IMG/VR virus record: IMGVR_UViG_3300021139_001382 | Span: 3,221 to 67,220 of that record | Source of the DNA: a virus | Direction: 5' to 3' (one strand) | Length of the DNA: 64,000 bases | Shown here: one piece after another, positions 61,103-64,000 of the stretch | How positions within the stretch are numbered: position 1 is the stretch's first letter | Layout of the letters: each line of letters starts with the position of its first letter | Made by a program: the position numbers and the translations under genes | The notes under the pieces: model-generated | Databases searched by the model: none | The model's input: only the letters and a program-made list of their open reading frames with translations | What the model was told of the DNA's origin: nothing

Positions 61103-61816
61103 ATGTACCAATGGGACGACATTTTAATAGTTGGTGACAGTTATGCAGCATACCGCTGGGCGCCGGAGCACTGGCCCATGGCTCTTACACTGAAACTAAC
61201 AGGAGAGTCTTTTAATGAGGGTAGAATACCGCGCGGATTCGGCTTCGCCGGCTCCGCCTGGTGGTCAACGCGCACGGGACTATTAAAGGAATTAGAAATA
61301 CGCGTTCCTAAAGTTTTGGTTATATGTCATACAAATTCTGAAAGACTCCAATCAGATTACAACTATGGATTGAATTCCGGATCCGTATCCAATTCAAAAT
61401 TAGTGAACGTCCCGATCGGGGACACTAATTATTCGACATTAGTGTTCATAGCGGCGGGGCTATACTACAAATTCTTGCATTCTACTAAATTTAATGTATG
61501 GGCTAAAGTCCAATGGCTTCTTGAGTTAGATTCGATTATTCAGTCAGCCGGAATTCCGATTGTAATTCATCTACCTTGCCTCAATGATTTTATAGAGTTC
61601 TCACCAAACAAATTTGGTATAACTTTGGAAGAGGTACTATATCAACTTGGACTTGAGTTTTATAAAGATAGGGCCCTGGATCCTGCCGGACTTCCCGTTA
61701 ATCATTTTGAAATACCAGAAAATGTTAAGATGGCTGACGCATTATATGATACTATTATAAACTTTACACCTGAACAAAACGGCACCATACAAAATTTAAA
61801 TCTATTACAACAATGA
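61103..61816 (+). CDS. SGNH-like protein (divergent)
   Basis: VGDSY, GFAGSAWW and C-terminal NHF. Confidence 0.55.
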   Translation: MYQWDDILIVGDSYAAYRWAPEHWPMALTLKLTGESFNEGRIPRGFGFAGSAWWSTRTGLLKELEIRVPKVLVICHTNSERLQSDYNYGLNSGSVSNSKLVNVPIGDTNYSTLVFIAAGLYYKFLHSTKFNVWAKVQWLLELDSIIQSAGIPIVIHLPCLNDFIEFSPNKFGITLEEVLYQLGLEFYKDRALDPAGLPVNHFEIPENVKMADALYDTIINFTPEQNGTIQNLNLLQQ

Positions 61817-63297
61817 ACTACATAGGCATCTCGTCCGGTTTCCATGACGCAGCAGTAAGCGTCATTGATCAAACCGGAAACATTTTATTCGCCGGTCACT
61901 CGGAACGCTACTCAAAGCAAAAGCACGATAAAGATTTGTGTGGATCAGCGTTGTACGATGCGCTGCATCACATAACTGATGACTACGAAGTTCATTACTA
62001 TGAGAAGCCATTGTTAAAAACAATGCGTCAAATTCGCTCTGGGGAAGGATTCCACTACCAGAACATGTTTGCTAAGTCAATGATTGGTCAGTTGAACATG
62101 AGTATGTTAGATAACAAGAAAGTTCATACTCACAGTCATCACCTCAGTCATGCCGCAGCAGGATTCCAAACAAGCCCGTACGATGAGGCAACTGTTGTGA
62201 TTATCGATGCAATCGGAGAGTTTGACACTATTACTATCTGGGATGCCTCATACGATCAGAATGGTCGCGCTCAATACAAAAAACTGTGGTCAAAGAGCTA
62301 TCCAGACAGCATCGGGTTATTCTACAGTGCAATGACAAAGCGTGTTGGTCTCCGCCCACTTGACGAGGAATACATTCTCATGGGCATGGCAGCGTACGGA
62401 GAAGCTAAACACTACACAGAGTTACATTCTACGTTGATGCGTGACACCATTGAGCTATCATTCAATCACAATCTGCATACGGGCGTGCCTGATGATTTCC
62501 TCGAGGGTGCTGATGAGATGGACATCGCAGCGTCAAGTCAGGTGCTAGTGGAACATCTCATTCAGAGTGTGATGTTGAAAGCTCGGATGCTTGGTCGCAG
62601 TGCCAATCTGGTCTACGGCGGCGGCGTTGCTCTGAACTGTCTGGCTAATAGATTAATAAACAGATACTTCAGCAACATCTGGATCATGCCTAACCCCGGC
62701 GATGCAGGATCAAGTCTTGGGGCAGCAGCACTCGGTCACGGCGGCAAAATTAATTGGCGTGATGCCTATCTCGGATTCAACATCAACGGTAAATATCCTG
62801 TCAACACACTACTTGATGAACTAATCAAAGGCAATATTGTGGGTGTGGCAAGCGGCCGCGCCGAATTCGGGCCCAGAGCGTTGGGCAATCGAAGTTTGTT
62901 AGCTGACCCTCGCGGCCCGCACATTAAGGATAGAGTAAATGAAATCAAACGTAGACAGCAATTTAGACCCTTTGCGCCTGTCATTCTGGAGGAACTTGCT
63001 GATCAGTATTTTGATATGTCTGGTGGTAGCAGTGACAATCGGTATATGCAGTTCATCGCTAACTGTAGGCATCCTGAGTTATATCCTGCTATTGTGCATA
63101 GGGACGGCACTAGCCGTGTACAAACTGTTCCCAAAGATGGAAGCGGAATACGAGAACTACTTGAAAAATGGTATGTGATGACTGAATGCCCGATGTTGCT
63201 GAACACATCATTGAACATACGAGGTGAACCGATGGTGAATGATCTTCACGATGCTGAACGATTCACAAAACTTTACGGTATACCGGTGATATCATAA
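61813..63297 (+). CDS. O-carbamoyltransferase, NodU/CmcH/TobZ family
   Basis: FHDAA, ERYS..KH, HHLSHAA, GGVALNC, GDAGSSLG, EFGPRALGNRSLLADP, RPFAP and LNTSLNIRGEP. Confidence 0.93.
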   Translation: MNYIGISSGFHDAAVSVIDQTGNILFAGHSERYSKQKHDKDLCGSALYDALHHITDDYEVHYYEKPLLKTMRQIRSGEGFHYQNMFAKSMIGQLNMSMLDNKKVHTHSHHLSHAAAGFQTSPYDEATVVIIDAIGEFDTITIWDASYDQNGRAQYKKLWSKSYPDSIGLFYSAMTKRVGLRPLDEEYILMGMAAYGEAKHYTELHSTLMRDTIELSFNHNLHTGVPDDFLEGADEMDIAASSQVLVEHLIQSVMLKARMLGRSANLVYGGGVALNCLANRLINRYFSNIWIMPNPGDAGSSLGAAALGHGGKINWRDAYLGFNINGKYPVNTLLDELIKGNIVGVASGRAEFGPRALGNRSLLADPRGPHIKDRVNEIKRRQQFRPFAPVILEELADQYFDMSGGSSDNRYMQFIANCRHPELYPAIVHRDGTSRVQTVPKDGSGIRELLEKWYVMTECPMLLNTSLNIRGEPMVNDLHDAERFTKLYGIPVIS

Positions 63298-63305
63298 GTA
63301 GTAGT

Positions 63306-64000
63306 ATGCTACGAGATGTATTTTACTTTAACAAAAAACCCAACGTCCATGCCAGAGAGCGTCATGCTAATAACTTAGCCCACGCCAGGCAGTTAGCCAC
63401 TACAGAACATTTCTGGATCATAAACGAGTTTTGTGATTACAGAAATTTCGATTGGGACTGGGACTTTGACTATCTCCCTGACGAAGATGTTTGGGCCGAA
63501 GAGCATAACAATGTCTGGCCTAGCATTCACCAAAAAGACAGTGGCACTCGGCTATGTCCATCTGAACCTAGTGAACTTATCATATATCGTGCTGATGTTC
63601 CTCCGCTGCATCGCAAAAAGGAAAAGAATGATTGCTGGACTATACTAGAATCATTTGATGAGACAAAGTTTGATTTGAGTTGGCATCCCGATCCGTCGGA
63701 TCCTCCCTACATTTATGCCTGGGGTAATCAACATTACCCGGTTACTACCTCACCCACGTTGACTTACACCGTCCCAGGCGCTACTGATTTCAAATATATG
63801 GACGAAATTGTAGTATTATTGCCCAGTGATGAAAATTGGATAGAAAGATGCCCCGTCAATCGCAGCACATTCGATTTTTCATGGAGACCGAATCCAGCAG
63901 CGCCTCCATACATATATGTATGGGGTAACAAATGGATACCGGGTGAACTACAGTCCACTCTTGAATATATCTGCCCCGGAGCAACAGAGCGTAAGTATAT
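63306..64000 (+). CDS. 3'-truncated protein with ~60-aa Trp/Pro/Tyr-rich repeats (absent from the ORF track); possibly the N-terminus of another glycosyltransferase-like protein
   Basis: ATG at 63306 after CATAAGTA (63293-63300), open to the window end (MLRDVFYFNKKPNVHARE...TEHFWII...). Two repeats: FDLSWHPDPSDPPYIYAWGN...LTYTVPGATDFKY and FDFSWRPNPAAPPYIYVWGN...LEYICPGATERKY. Confidence 0.75.
   Translation, partial: MLRDVFYFNKKPNVHARERHANNLAHARQLATTEHFWIINEFCDYRNFDWDWDFDYLPDEDVWAEEHNNVWPSIHQKDSGTRLCPSEPSELIIYRADVPPLHRKKEKNDCWTILESFDETKFDLSWHPDPSDPPYIYAWGNQHYPVTTSPTLTYTVPGATDFKYMDEIVVLLPSDENWIERCPVNRSTFDFSWRPNPAAPPYIYVWGNKWIPGELQSTLEYICPGATERKY

Noticed and set aside
31427-63297. Bacterial O-antigen/capsule locus or chimeric assembly
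   Set aside because: There are no transport or polymerase genes, the cluster is translationally coupled to the phage module, and the same promoter-like motif runs throughout. Read-level confirmation is still advisable.
31427-63297. DNA hypermodification cluster as the primary interpretation
   Set aside because: I see no thymidylate synthase/hydroxymethylase, TET/JBP, nucleotide kinase, aGPT-PPlase or 7-deazaguanine genes in the window, and the context is late and structural. It is disfavoured but not excluded, because GTs and carbamoyltransferases do act on phage DNA elsewhere.
1-64000. Stop-codon reassignment (alternative genetic code)
   Set aside because: Code 11 gives near-complete coding density, including a 19-kb ORF, and TAA, TGA and TAG all end genes at sensible boundaries.
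1-64000. tRNA, rRNA, CRISPR array, DGR template repeats, introns or inteins
   Set aside because: Intergenic gaps are under about 75 nt. I saw no spaced direct repeats, reverse transcriptase, near-identical nucleotide repeats or intein motifs by eye.

Overview
This 64-kb window looks like part of a large lytic myovirus-type phage genome. It is densely coding, almost all on the + strand, uses the standard genetic code, and has T4-late-promoter-like (T/G/C/A)ATAAATA motifs ahead of many genes. The left part (1-31.4 kb) is a virion baseplate/tail module: a partial hub-like gene, a gp5/VgrG-like spike, gp25- and gp6-like wedge proteins, a giant 6367-aa repeat-rich structural protein, a free-standing GIY-YIG homing endonuclease and fibre-like proteins. 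The right part (31.4-64 kb, running off the end) is a contiguous ~33-kb cluster of about 33 sugar-synthesis and tailoring genes. It holds 3 GT-A-like and 5 GT10-like glycosyltransferase domains, 7 radical SAM enzymes (2 B12-binding), 7 SGNH-like proteins, a UDP-glucose dehydrogenase fusion, 2 SDR epimerase/dehydratases, an NDP-sugar C-methyltransferase, a short DegT-type aminotransferase, an amidinotransferase and a NodU/CmcH carbamoyltransferase. The best candidate for a new system is a late-expressed, cytoplasmic, phage-encoded pathway that builds a heavily tailored glycan (methylated, guanidinylated, carbamoylated, acylated), most plausibly on the Ser/Thr-rich virion proteins next door. Two possible recoding or slippage switches (50042-50051 and 56546-56554) and an apparent excess of CCGG are also noted. 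All family assignments come from motif recognition by eye; no database search was run.
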